A stretch of 63,796 bases of DNA, the filler included, from Kipferlia bialata (taxonomy: Eukaryota): assembly GCA_003568945.1 (NCBI GenBank). It is 4 parts of 4 records of this genome, joined end to end, with 100 filler letters (N's around TTAATTAATTAA, not from the genome) between each part and the next. Parts side by side here need not be neighbours in the genome. Positions count along the whole stretch, not along the records: positions 19,767 to 34,236 come from BDIP01000183.1; positions 34,337 to 60,870 come from BDIP01000184.1; 2 more parts are not named here. One strand, 5' to 3'. Made by a program: the position numbers and the translations under genes. Under the pieces are notes generated by a model, which ran no database searches, was not told the DNA's origin, and saw only the letters and a list, made by a program, of their open reading frames with translations. Below are positions 26,754 to 40,800 of the stretch, piece by piece (within the stretch, counting starts at the first letter, position 1; the number at the start of each line of letters is the position of its first letter).

Positions 26754-29700
26754 TCACTTCCTGTCCCCCTCCCCCCCCTCCGGCATCATGTGTGAGACTG
26801 GGGGGGGTATGGTACTCGGGTGCACCTGTATGACACACATCGAGGAGCAGGGGCGCTTCTTGATAGAGGCCCTGGGGGTGGGTGGAGGATGTGATATATA
26901 TATTTGCATATCAAATGTATCTTTGGGTAAGAGGAGAACTTGTGCTTGCAACTCTAAAATGAAACTGCAATGTTCTACAATCTATACATGCACTGTAGGC
27001 TGTTGATATATATGATCACAGTCATGTATTAGAATATAGACTCATCCATGTACCCATACTCCAACATGCCACCATCCCGGCACCTCTGTGTGACACATAT
27101 ATATACACAATGTACATACCCACATGACTACCATACATCTGTGTGTGTGTATACAATGCTATTATCTATCTATATAGTCAATATGCCACTGTCATATCCC
27201 CTACCTCTGTGTGTGCGATGTGGACACCGTGACTGTGGCACATACCACATCTGCCACTCCTGTGCAGTCTGGGAGGGTGAGGACCAACTGTACTATACTA
27301 ACTACACATTGAATGATACACAAATGGCTCTCCGAAAGTACATACAGTAATGCCCGTACCTCCACACTGGGGGAGTAATGCACCGTCCCTGGGCAGGTCT
27401 GGAGCTATGGTTAGATACTGATGGGCAAGGACAGAATGCATCCATCAATACATTCTAGTCTCTCAAAGTGGAGTATAAATGCATTGCGGTAGTGTATGTA
27501 TGCATTGGAGTGTGGGTAGGATCTGAACACATACAAACACATACCCTCCAGGATCTGCCACGTGTCCGTGACAGTGTCATAGGCCGCAAAAGGGGCCTGG
27601 TATTAGTATAGAGGGGGCAGCCTAGGAGACATGACCTTGTCCACGTGGTATATGCAGATATATATCGGTGTATGTATCAGACTCACATATGTATATGCAG
27701 TATAGTGTATCAGTATATAGGTATCACAAACCTTGTCCCAGGGGGCTGTGTCTGGTGTACCGTGTCAATATACAGAGACACACACACACACACATACATG
27801 TACGTATATATATATATATATACAAGTATACACCCACAATATATATACCCACCTTGTCCCTAGATGGTGTGTCTGGTGTACAGATAGACACACACATTTA
27901 CATACATACACTATCGATGCATACATTCTCCGTCGATACCCACCTTGTCCCTTGGTGGCATGTCTGGTATGGTGTGTTTCAGAAGAGACATCCGGTCCGG
28001 GTAGTTATAGTCCCCTATGCCACCGGCAGACCGCCTGACGTTACATGTTTATCATTATATATTGTTATGTAGTTAACTATATAGTTATCATGAATATATA
28101 TCGACAGTGACTCCTGGCTAAGTACTAGGCAGTGTCAGTATCAGTATCAGCCTGACGTGACATGTATATGGCTACATATACGTCAACGTGGCATACAATT
28201 ACACCAACACTCAAAGTAGTATCCATGACTCCAGGGATGCCTACCAGTTAACGAACCCACCTTGTGACTATATGTCTCCCTGTTGACACTGCTGTATGTG
28301 TGCCGGCGGTGCTCCTATAGAGTCTGGCAACGATGTCCTGTATCAGTACTAGTTTCATATGCATTGTAGTGAGGGATCGAGGGCACCTATATATGAAGTA
28401 GGTATGGGTTACCCAGTCTAGGTAACATACCATAATATACGATCATCAAATTGGATACAAAATGTACACATGCATATATGTAAAAACTATGTAGATCAAC
28501 TTGAACCATGAGATCATAACTTGTAGCACGGTCCACCTATTTGCGGGGGTTTCACACACGTACATTGGTGTGTAGTAATTGACATACATATACCGTTGTA
28601 CCCATATGAACAATGCCCAAATCCATGAAACTATCATCTTTGTTCCTCTATCTATGTACCTACATATTTGCACCTATATCTATATACCTCGATAACTACC
28701 CCTGGGTCTACATGTGTTCATATATACACATACATATGCACACACACATAGGTAAGAGAATACCCGCACAACTATATCCACTGCCTCATACTATACCTGT
28801 AGCACTATCCCTGGGGGTGGGTATGACATGGGCCTGCCTCCCAGCGCAGCAAATGGGTCGTGGTGTACAAGCCTGGTGTAGGGTAAGACATAGCAGGGTA
28901 TACCATAGTATGCCCTATATATATATATAGGGCACCACTCATGCTGCTTCCCTCTAACCGAATACACCACGCTGCTACTAAGGTAGGAGAGTACATCAAT
29001 ATATACCCCAATACAGCTGTGATATTGGGATATCATTCATGGGCATGCGTATATGAATAGGTGTGTTTTCTCATGACACAACTGTACCTCTCCCTCCCTT
29101 GCTGCTGTGCGTACTTGGTCCACCCACCCCCAGGGGAGACAGACCCATGGCATGGGGTGAGAGGGTACATGATCGAGTATACACACACACACACACACAC
29201 ATACACACACACACACAAATATATACATATATATATATACATTCCATAGCGTCCATAGCGGTGGGGAAAGAGTATGCATCAGTATACCCACAGTGTGAGA
29301 CGACAATTCATAGTGGCACATTTACATGCCATACTTACTGTATACTCAGCATACAGTATATAAACCGACTGCAGCCAATATAATATACATAAATATATAT
29401 ATATAGGCTGTGTATATATTCACGCACACACATTCATCCATTGTCTTCAAATATACCCGGTCTATGTACATCTCTATCTCAATATATATACATATACATA
29501 CCCAGCACATGGAGTGTGTCTCCAGCCAGAAATTCAATCGGCAGTATATATACATATACGTCTGTATTCTTATCTCTCTCTCTCTATATATATATATATT
29601 CATATTCATGTACATATACACACACATATATATATGTATATGTACATACCCAGCACATGGAGTGTGTTCCCAACCACAGCAACGGGCATACGGCTAGTGC

Positions 29701-32700
29701 GTGTGGAGTAGTACGGAGCTAGGTTAGTAAGGGAGGGGGGAAGGGGATACAGGTGTGTGATCATGAATAGTCAGTAGACCTAAATAAATATATATACACA
29801 CACATAGCGCCACAGAGCGTGCCTCCACACAAACACACACACACACATATGTATATATATATATATATATACATGTCCTAACCTGGTGGCAAAGCATCTC
29901 TGACGCCACCACACTCTCCCTCTCTATTTGGCTTCTGTTCCTCGATCTGTGTCACCTAGGATTGGATGGAGAGAGAGAGAGACGGAAAGACGGGAGAGAA
30001 ATATTCAGCGAACTGAACTCACAATACGTGTATACCTGTGTCAGACATAGGCTATGTCTATAGAGTAATATATACATGCACCCCCACCTCCCAGCACTCT
30101 CCGGACTCAGTCAGCTCGGGCACATATCTGGATATGAAATATGGGTGATGCTACAGAGATGCCGCATAATCGTGCACCCCGATTCAGAAGCAGTGCCAGC
30201 GTATGCCATGTAGTGGCTCATGGATACCACACTGCCACGTGTATATGCATATGCCATGTACACAAGCACGCCCACACTCACACACATATACTACGCCCCC
30301 TCATACCTGGCGATGCAAGTAGGTGCCAGCAGATGGAGATATCCCCCCAATACACCATACTGAGTGTGAGGGCTGCTATACTGTGGCTGTCACATTGGTA
30401 TGTGTAGTGTACTTGTAAGACAAAGAGCCTTGCACAGTGAGAGTACGGAGTAGGTAGAATGATCTCTGCCAAAGCAAACTGAAATCCATGGATACATGCA
30501 TATATACCTATAATACACCTTGACTGTGTATATGCGCTGTGTGTTATGAGTATAGGTATGTACTGTACATTATCAAGTATACTCATATATATACATTATT
30601 ACAGGTGTGCATATAGTATAAATATACACACTTATACATAATTGCGTCCAGTACCATGCAATATTCCGATATGTATCTGTATACTGGGTATACAATATTT
30701 TAGTTATATTTGTATATACTATATACAATACATGTGTGTACATATATATACTATACATGGACACTGAATCTTTGTGTATACAGCACCCATTGCATCCAGT
30801 GTAAGTACTATCTCTATTTGTATATACTATGAATATACATATACTATGCATGTATACTGAGATGACACCTGCCCCCATTGCGTCCAGTTCGTTGCATGTA
30901 TATACTTGTGTTTATATATATATGTGCATATACGTGTAGTAATAGTATATAGAGTACCTGTGCCCCCATTGCGGAAACTGCGTCCAGTGTCTATGCTATA
31001 TATGTATATACTCTATACAATACATGTATGTACATATATAGTATATATACTATACACAGTACCTGTGCCCCCATGGCGTCCAGTGTCTTGGGCCCCCTCC
31101 TCCATGTCTGGTCTAATCTGTCGTATACAGAGGTCTCAGTGCCATCTGGGGGTGGGGGTATATATGGAGAGGGATATGGATGTGTATCCATTTGCTATCA
31201 GTGTGTACATACTAACTGTAAATACATGTGTTTACCTAGCGGCAGGTCTGCCAACTCCATCAGAGAGAGCGTGTCTAGCCTTAGACCATACCTGGGTCAG
31301 GGAGGAGGAAGGGAGAGACACCAACATGGGGGGGCAACCATACACCGATACACACATCCACCTACACATATGATACCTCAGACAGAGACGCAGAGAATAT
31401 TGTTGAGAGAGCCATGGGTTGCAGACGCACGAGATATGATATACATATATGAGTATACACTCACAGTGTGCACACGGGATCCCCCCCTATGCAGTGGTTG
31501 TTGGCTAAGGTCGTCTCGGTGGGCTTAGGGTAAGCAAATGACCGATGATCATTATTACATTCACACAAGTAGTATATATGTATATTCATATATGTATAGT
31601 ATTTATGTATTCATATACATTCACACATAAAGCATATATATTCATACCTACACACCTACATGTGAAGGTCCAGCAGGGTAGCAGAGATACAAGTACTTAT
31701 ATGATACCCTTGTATTGGTATGTATATACACACATACACATATGTACATATACATCATGATACGCATGCCTCCTTGTGCAGCGCCAGCAGTAGAGTGGAT
31801 CCCACCCTGCCCAGACAGCTGAGGGTCAGGGGGAGAGGTATAGTGGAAGAGGGGAGGAGAGTGAAGGCGAATAAGCGAGTATATACTCGGAACCAACGTA
31901 TAATGGGTAGTCACAATCAAAAATAACAAGATATACACATATACACAATGATGAGTAGTGGTGTGCACATCCACCATTACCTCCCATAGTACATGCCCTC
32001 TGGCAGTGGGATGGGACCTGACACCTGGGGTCATATCTGTGTAGAGAACAGTATATACTACATAGGTTATGGTCAGGTACGGGGAGTGTTGATAAATGAA
32101 TACTGTAAGACAGAATATGGTAAGGTAACAGTGTAATAGCCATACATATATACACAAATACATGGCTCAATATGAAAGCATGCCCACACCTCTGTGACTG
32201 TCTGGGTGGACAGGGAGTGGGTGACAACGCCAACTGGGGTGAGGGTTGGGTATATATACAATATCACATTAGGACACAGTCTCACTGTTTATCCAAATAT
32301 GTGTCACTATAACTGGGATTGAGGATACGTGTGGAATATGAATAGAAATGTATGCATGTGAATAGATATATACTCAGTATTAGACTCAGAAGGGTTGGTG
32401 AACAAACACTGCGCCGTAGCGGTACCTGAAGCTAGAGTGTTCTCTAGCTTGTCTCCCTCCTGGTTATAGGCCTGAGGTGGGTGGGGGGGGAAATAGTTCT
32501 CATACGCAGTATATCGTGAATATCTGTAACTCTTTTATACATATATATAGAGAGAGAGTATATACACTATGTGTACATATGGTATGCATCACTATCTATA
32601 ATATAGATATATCAGTATATACATGTATGTGTCCCGTACCCACAGTGTCATGTTGGGTCCTATGGATGCAACTGGCCTGGGGGTCAGAGGCAGAAACAAG

Positions 32701-34107
32701 AACAATAGAGAGAGAGTGTATCAGAGAGACATATTTAGAAAGAGATACCTACCTGCCCAGCCGCAGTGCCTGGGGTGATACACCGTGTGTATATACATAT
32801 GTACATACATTTATGCATACCCATCTTATACGTGTATCGTGATGTACCTGCCCAGCCGCAGTGCCTCGTGTGATACATCAATGGGTGTGACAGTGGTGGC
32901 ATTGGGGGGGAGGGACCGGAGGGCATCGGGGACACTGGGGGTGAGGTATATTTATGAATGGTACGTGTATATCATATTGGACATCGGATTTGAAATGTAG
33001 AGTGCCATATATACACACTCCCACACCTCATGTGTATGGAATATAGAGTCAGGAGTATGAGTGAATATCCATATACACCATACACACAGAGAATCCAATA
33101 CATCCACATACCTATGGTGCATGGCACAGTCCGTGACACGTGTGGCATCTCTCTGTCTCTCTCTCTCTCTTTCTGCCTCACTGCTTCTCTCTCTATATGT
33201 ATACTCTCTCTCTATGTATTCTCATGTAATCAATACAATATAATATCAGTCAATACATCCATCCAAGTGGGTGTGTGTAGAGGTACCTCTTGTGTATAAC
33301 ACAGTCCTTGGTATGGGTGGCGTGGGTGTGGGAGACGCCCTTGGACGTAGACTGTTATTGTGAGGGTGAAGAGAGAGAGAAAGGGAGATGTGGATCAGGT
33401 GTATAGTTGCAAATCAATCGACAATACCGACTGTGCAACTAATGAATAGATAGATTCCTGATGCACACCTTCTTGAATGACAGCAGCTTGTATGGCTTGT
33501 GTTCATAGCACATCTCCCACCTCTTGCCCTTGGCCTTGTCAGAGTATCTGATGATGAGGTGGGGGTGTACAGGAATACATATTTGTATATAATTATACCT
33601 ATACTATATATGTATATATATGCATTTATATAATATATTATTATAGAATTTAATATATATATGACAGTAATATACTATATATATATAGAGAGAGATATGG
33701 GGATGGAGATTTGTCACCCTGGCCTGGTCAGAGTATCTTAGGCGAGGCTATATGAATACATATGCTTATCTATATGTACATCTAGAGAGAGAGAGGTCTG
33801 TCACCCTTGTTAGAGTACAGGGGTAGAGAGATAGATGTAGACGGTAAGTAGAGAGCTGAGGATTGGACTATCATCTAATGTATGCAAGTATATATATATA
33901 GGTGTATGTGTGTGAGTGGTGTGGCAACTGTGCAAATAGGAGGCCAGTCAATATCTATGTATATATATATATTTTGTAGATCCATAGTCAGTCATCGCGT
34001 GAATGATGTATGAATATATATCAGAGAGTGAGTGAGTCATATACACTTAGTAGATACTTACTTCACTATGCACTCCCCACACTCACAGGCAATCAGGTTG
34101 GCCCTCC
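26754..34107 (-). CDS. Kelch-like beta-propeller protein, many micro-exons, 5'-partial
   Basis: Exon peptides MPVAVVGNTLHVLG, PLFAAYDTVTDTWQIL and TSVYDRLDQTWRRGP are Kelch-type. Last exon ASIKKRP...GDRK*. The full exon chain was not resolved, and the span could hold more than one gene. Confidence 0.55.
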
Positions 34108-34236
34108 CTGGGTCAGATGTATAGGAATACATTTATACATATATATATACTTATATATAAGAGACACTATGTATATATTTGATGTGTATCAGACTGGGAG
34201 GGGGGGGGGGGGGGGGGGGGCTCAACCTGGGCAGTG

Positions 34237-34336
34237 NNNNNNNNNNNNNNNNNNNNNNNNNNNNNNNNNNNNNNNNNNNNTTAATTAATTAANNNNNNNN
34301 NNNNNNNNNNNNNNNNNNNNNNNNNNNNNNNNNNNN
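34237..34336. other. Artificial contig linker N44-TTAATTAATTAA-N44
   Basis: 12-mer at 34281-34292. Confidence 0.95.
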
Positions 34337-34671
34337 CAAAAGGGGGTGTTCAGGGGTGTTTCCCCCCCCCCCCCCCCTATTTCCCTCTACATATGCCCAA
34401 GCAGATACCTACCCCGTAGTGTATAGTCTATAACGCTTCCTCCATATAAGGATGGGTCTATTCTTATGATGATGGAACGGGGATCATACATTACCCGTCT
34501 CTCTCTCTCCCCTCCCCTCCCCAAACTCCTTCTCTCTCCCTCTCCTTTCTCTCTCCTTTCTCTCCTTCTCTCCTTCTCTCTCTCTCTCTCCCCCTCTCTC
34601 TGTCTTACTCTAGGATCTTGTGCACTATTTAAATATTCATAATCTCACTGCTGCCTCTGTTGCCACATGTA

Positions 34672-34703
<32 letters not shown>

Positions 34704-34820
34704 TACTCTGGGATCTTGTGCACTCTTATAATAGGCATTATCTCACTGCTGCCTCTGGTGCCACCTGTACTCTATCTCTCTCTCTCCCTCCCCCTCTCCC
34801 TCTCTCGTTCTTATCCTTAG

Positions 34821-37800
34821 GACCTTGTTCACTACTACAACCGACACAATCTGACTGCTGCCTCTGGTGCCACATGTACTCTGGAGTGGGATGGTATCAT
34901 CAATGTATTGGAGGGGCTAAACAGGTACTGGTTAATATATTTATATATATAAATCCATACAATTGTAAATACAATTATTACTATTCATATATATATTTTC
35001 TATGTATGGTGCATGTACTTTCGAGTGAGACGGCATCAAATACGTGCTAGATGGGCTGAATAGGTGTGAACGCTGGTTGCTAATCCGAATGCCAAGCCCA
35101 AATACCATCACCTCATTTGTTATATCCCATATCCCACTGATACGTTGATACTATATATATTCAGTTAGAATGTGGTATATTTTTTACTCCAGCGCCAAGC
35201 CCAAGGTGGCTGCCACGCTTGATGGCCACCAGTCAATATTCATTACTCAGCAGTAAGATTCTTTACACTGCTGTTATTCTTGCTAATTCTAGTGCCAAGC
35301 CCAAGGTTGCTGCCACCCTGGATGGCCACCTGCCCCAGATACTACAGCCAGTGGTGTCATGTCCCACCAGACTCAGCCAGAAGAAGAGGTATGCATATAT
35401 ATATGTATATATATATAGTAGTACATATATATGTGTATATACTACAGCCCGTGGTGGCATGTCCCACCAGACTCAGCCAGAAGAAGAGGTATGCATATAC
35501 ATATGTATATATAGTAGTATATATTAGTACATATGTATATACTACAGCCTGTGGTGTCATGTCCCACCAGACTCAGCCAGAAGAAGAGGAATACGTATGT
35601 TTATATATATATAGTATCACTCTTGGTTGGAGGACATGTATATGTGGTGATAACATGCAATATATTGCAGTGTAAAAAGGGGATCCATTCAGTGGTGTCA
35701 TATGTCCAACAAGACTCAGCCAGAAGAAGAGGTAAATTTACAGAGAGAGAGATTGCGGAATATCTGGATAGTATATACTCCTGAGGAAAGACATATATAT
35801 TGACATATATTGCATATGATTGGATCTCACTTGATGTACTGACTTCAGACTGGAACTGGTAGAATGCCTGCTCCAGGAGCTGCCTGTCGACAGAGGCACT
35901 CAAGGTATCTGTATTGTATACATATATATATATATAGAGAGTCAGTATCTCAGTATCTTGATACATACTGACCCAGGTGTGAGTGGTGTGTACACTGTAC
36001 TAATCCGCTATATATTCACACTGTATCAGTATACTCTATATATAGAATATTCCAGTGCCTTTGTTTCATCTTGATACTGACCCAGGTGTGAGTGGTGTGT
36101 ACACTGTGTTGAGCCGGTATCTGCCCCACCCTGCCGTGGCATGTCACCCCCAGCTAGAGGCAGGGGAGATAGTACATGCTATACAGAGGTATATAGAGAG
36201 GAATACAATGTATTATTATAGAATAATTTCAATACTCACCCCCAGCCACATTGGGAGGGTTGACAGACCGAGTATGTATGATGCAGCATGTCACACCCTG
36301 GCCCGAATGGTGCTGCACATGGACCCAGGCGTGTTTGAGGTACAATCTCTTAGTTAATGTATTACGCGATAGGTTTCTTACACGATATGACCGCAGGAGC
36401 ACTGCATGCCTATTTTTGACTTCTGTGACAACCCAGAGGCGCCCCCATTCCATCTGATGAACGCACTATACGTGAGGTATTTGCATTTGGATTGGATTGG
36501 ATATTATTAGATTATATACAGGTATTGTATATGGTGTCATTTCACCTCATGAATGCCGCATTCGTAAGCCGAGTGAGTATACAGTAGATGGTATTTGATT
36601 ATGTATATGTGTGGTTGGTGTTTTACTCACGCACAGGGCCCGTGCGACTGGCAACCTCCCCCTCCTCACCTTACTGTCCACTACCAACATGCTCACAGAG
36701 GCAGTGGGGGTGGTGTCCAACGCAGTCGATGACGAGGCAGTGTCACAGGTACATATATCGTGTAGTTTTGTGTCAGGTACTCTGGAAAATCTGGATAATC
36801 GTGTAGTTTACCGTCGATGATGAGGCAGTGTCACAGGTACATATATATAGTGCAGTTTAGTAGTATTCAACGTGGTGGGTTTCTGAATTTGAGTAGATTC
36901 AACTTCTTGTCGTACAATCGTGTAGTTTGACTCCAGGCCACTACCTTCCTCTCCCTCGTTGCCCTTGGTGAGGTTGGCTCTGAGGAGGAGGGGGCAGAGA
37001 TCTCAGTGCACCCCCCGCCCATAGAGATGTGTCACCTGTTGGCCAGGTATTTGAGATTAATCCCTCTCAATATATATATGATATATATATGATATGGCAT
37101 TGCTCATATCTCCTTGTATCATGTATGTAATATACTGTGCACCCTCCGCCCATAGAGATGTGCCACCTGTTAGCCAGGTGAGGACAACTCACGCTGCAAG
37201 GATTAGTTCAATTTATGTATAGTATCGTAGTATACTGATATACTCACTCTTACCCCAGGAAGAGTGCCAGAGGCAGGGAGAGGGTTGGGGTTGTACATGG
37301 GACGACATGCGCTGTGTCACTGGCAAGGTGGGACATATATCATTGCCTCTCCATTTTATATTCTCTCAATGGTATTCCATTACTGAGAATTCCCTCCCTG
37401 TATAATTAGTATATAATCGTGATGTCTGGTTCTCTGAAGCCGGGACATGTTTCTATTTTCCTGTTTTAACTCCAGGTTGATCTCCAAGGTTGACCACACT
37501 GCCAGTGTCACTTCTACACTATGTGAGGTGTTCCCAGACATAAGGGGTGGGCAGACATCTTCTCTAGGTTAGTATCGTGTAGATTATATCCTGATAATTG
37601 AGCTTCTGTTATTCTTACGCCCAGCGCTGGAGTGCCTGATTCAACTGCTCTACACGCTGACACCCACACCGCGTAGTATTGCTACCGGCACATCAGAGGC
37701 TGTTACACTGGCCCTTGAGACCGTACCTCTAGTGCTTGAGAGACACACTGTACAGGTACACACTCGTATACTACGCGATATATCCTATCTTGATACGTCT

Positions 37801-40800
37801 GTACCTAATTTCAGGCATGCAGGCTCCTCTCTGCTTCTGCTAGGGCTATGGTATCCATGGTATCTACCAAGACAGAGAGGGACGATGCTGGAGAGAGAGA
37901 TACTCTACTCTCTCCGTTGCACAAGGCACTATCTGCTGTACTAGGAGTCATTGTAGTAGCTGCTAGTGAGGAGAGAGGGAAGGGCCACAACGGCATGGAC
38001 ACGGTACCAAGTGCCGCCCTATATGCATGTGGTGGCAGTGTGGCCTATGTCCTTGGGTCTCTCTCCCTCCTGGGGTGCAGGGATAGTGATGTGTGGGAGG
38101 TGCTGAGGGGTGTGGGTGGTATGGTATTCCCTCTCCCAGACTGCAGTGCCAAGAAGGAGGACGGTGAGGAGGAGAGAGATAGGGATAGGGAGAGAGGCAG
38201 TGCCACAGATGAGTGTGCTGTCTCAACACCTGTGGCCAAGGTACACCATCTCATATATGTAATGTATATCCTATATATTTATCCTCTATGTGCTCATTAT
38301 CAGGTCTTGGCCATAGTTGCCGTGTCCCACCACCTGGCCCTGTCCCTGATAGCACCCAGGGCTGCAGCTGACATACCATCTTACAAGGTATGAGTATATA
38401 CTGATATATCATCAGGTATATACTTGGTTAGTATATGTACACTCTAGCCCTGTCTCTGATAGCACCCAGGGCAGCAGCTGACTTACCATGTTACAAGGCA
38501 AGTGTATGGGTATACATATATGGTATATGAACAACCCACATCGATCCACTGTTTATGTATCAAAATACAAGTCCATGTACATACATATATGTATTCTATT
38601 GATTTTTGTATGCAAGTATAGTATATACATATACATACACAATATATATCTACTATACCCTCTGACGTCCAGGGTCTGGATGCTGCTACAGTCAAGTTCG
38701 CTTCTGAGGCACCTGAACTGCCAGGTATGTATGAAATATATATATGTTTGTATGAAGAGAGGGGTGATGATCTATCAATAGTCTGTCAGTTATACATTCC
38801 CTATCCACTCATATCCACTCTCTCTTCTGTCTAATCTCTCTTACTCAACTGTCGATATGAACCTTCTTTGATACCAAAAGGCCATAGATATGCCCTGCTC
38901 TACTCTGCTGTTGATCAATATCCATCTCTTCTACCTCATATATACCATGTAATCTCTGTAATAATCCGCTTTCTTCTGACTTTAGGCGGGCTTAGATATG
39001 CCCTTCTGTGCTCTGCCTCTGGCATGAGATTGAGAGACACTCACACCTTCAAGGAGGCACTCTCTCCTGTACTGTCTGTACTTGGGGTACTATCAGGCCT
39101 GGTACACACGACACTATCAAGCCAGGTATTGTATCTGGCAGACAGTTTTACCACATGGACTAGTCCGTATAGTTGATACATGTATATACCTGTATAAGCA
39201 TCTTTTTTCCTGACTCCAGCCCATCGGCAACGTCAATGTGTGCAAGAGTGCCCAGACTGTCAGAAGGTATCACAATCATAATCGATTATTGTAGAATATA
39301 TCTTCAGGTTTCATTGTTAGTATCAGTATTGGTATCAGTATTGGTATCAGTAGAGTCTGATACTTAGGTCCTTCGGAGCCGGTCACACCACATGTGACGC
39401 CCTCAACACTGTCCTCTTGGGAGGCGGTGCAGACATGTCGCCATGGACAGGTAGTGTAGTGTATACATATACATAATATAGAGAGAAAGATGGTGAGCTT
39501 TGTATTGTCTACCTTTACATATTTGGAAGAGAAGTATATACATGTCTCCATGGACTAGTAAATGAGTATGTATATATTTATGTTTAGACATGGATATATA
39601 TTGAACGTCTTACGAGTAGGTTACTTCCCTGTGGCTGCCCTGTCCGTCCTCTCCACCCACTCCACTGTGACAGACAGGGTGGAGGACAGACAGAGTGCAT
39701 GGGGGGAGACAGCTGTGATGGAGGTGAGTACATATACATATCTATTTACCCTATATACACTATTATATTGCATATAATGTTGTGTTATATAGGGTGGAGG
39801 ACAGACAGAGTGCATGGGGGGAGACCGCTGTTATGGAAGTGAGTACATATAAGTACATCTATATATACATCTCTCTACTCTATAGATATATACAATGTGT
39901 ATAGTGTGGTGACAGACAGGGTGGAGGACAGACAGAGTGTGTGGGGGAAGACGGCTGTTTTGGAGGTAATCCTATACATATATACTACTCTTCAGTTAGT
40001 CTCTCTAGTTACATTCAAGTATCTCTCTATATACCCATATATGTGAATAGGAGTGTGTATGTCTATGTGTGTCTCTATCCTCTCATCCCCAGTACCACCT
40101 GAGGAGCATCGCCCCCACTGTGACTGCACCCCTATCCCTTAATCTACACGATATGCATCGCGTAGAGTCACTCTGCGATGACCCTTTATGTCCTGTACCA
40201 TGTCCGGTGGAGTTCTACAATGCAGCACCCTCTAATGGCACCCTACCTGTTGGTGTCACTGCCCTCACTGCATCTCAGTCCATATCGCTATTGGATGTAC
40301 TCGACACTATCAAGGAGTCTTATAACAAGGTATATATAGTATGCAACAAGTATACTGTGTGTGTTTATTGTATGTTCGTCCATATCGCTGTTGGATGTGC
40401 TGGATACAGTCAAGGAGTCTTACAGTCAGGTAACGATATCACTTGTCCAATACATGTATCCATACTGAAGATATAGATAGACTTGTCATAATACCAACCA
40501 TCAGACGACTGACGCTGCCATTAGGATATCACTGGCCCTAGTCCTCTCCCATGCCTCTGCTGTCTATGCACCTCTGAAAGATAGTGCAGTGGCAGAGATG
40601 ACATCCATCTTAGTAGCCCCATCTATGGTAGGGCATTTGTGTAAGCATATACATATAGACTGACTATGTAATCTATATATGCACCCTTGAAGGATAGTGC
40701 AGTGGCAGAGATGGTCTCTATCTTGGTGGCACCCTCAATATATTATTAGTATAGAGTAACATACAGTAGTTTACTGCCATTGATCCCTCCAGGACCAGAG

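Noticed and set aside
27000..34200. Numerous short ORFs rich in Y/I/C/V/H/T
   Set aside because: They are translations of (TA)n, (CA)n and (TG)n intronic microsatellites.
35340..35731. Repeats of about 45 nt with variable spacers, superficially CRISPR-like (also 53320-53695)
   Set aside because: The repeats are copies of ATM exon ends with splice sites, the spacers are TA-rich intron DNA, the context is eukaryotic and there are no cas genes.
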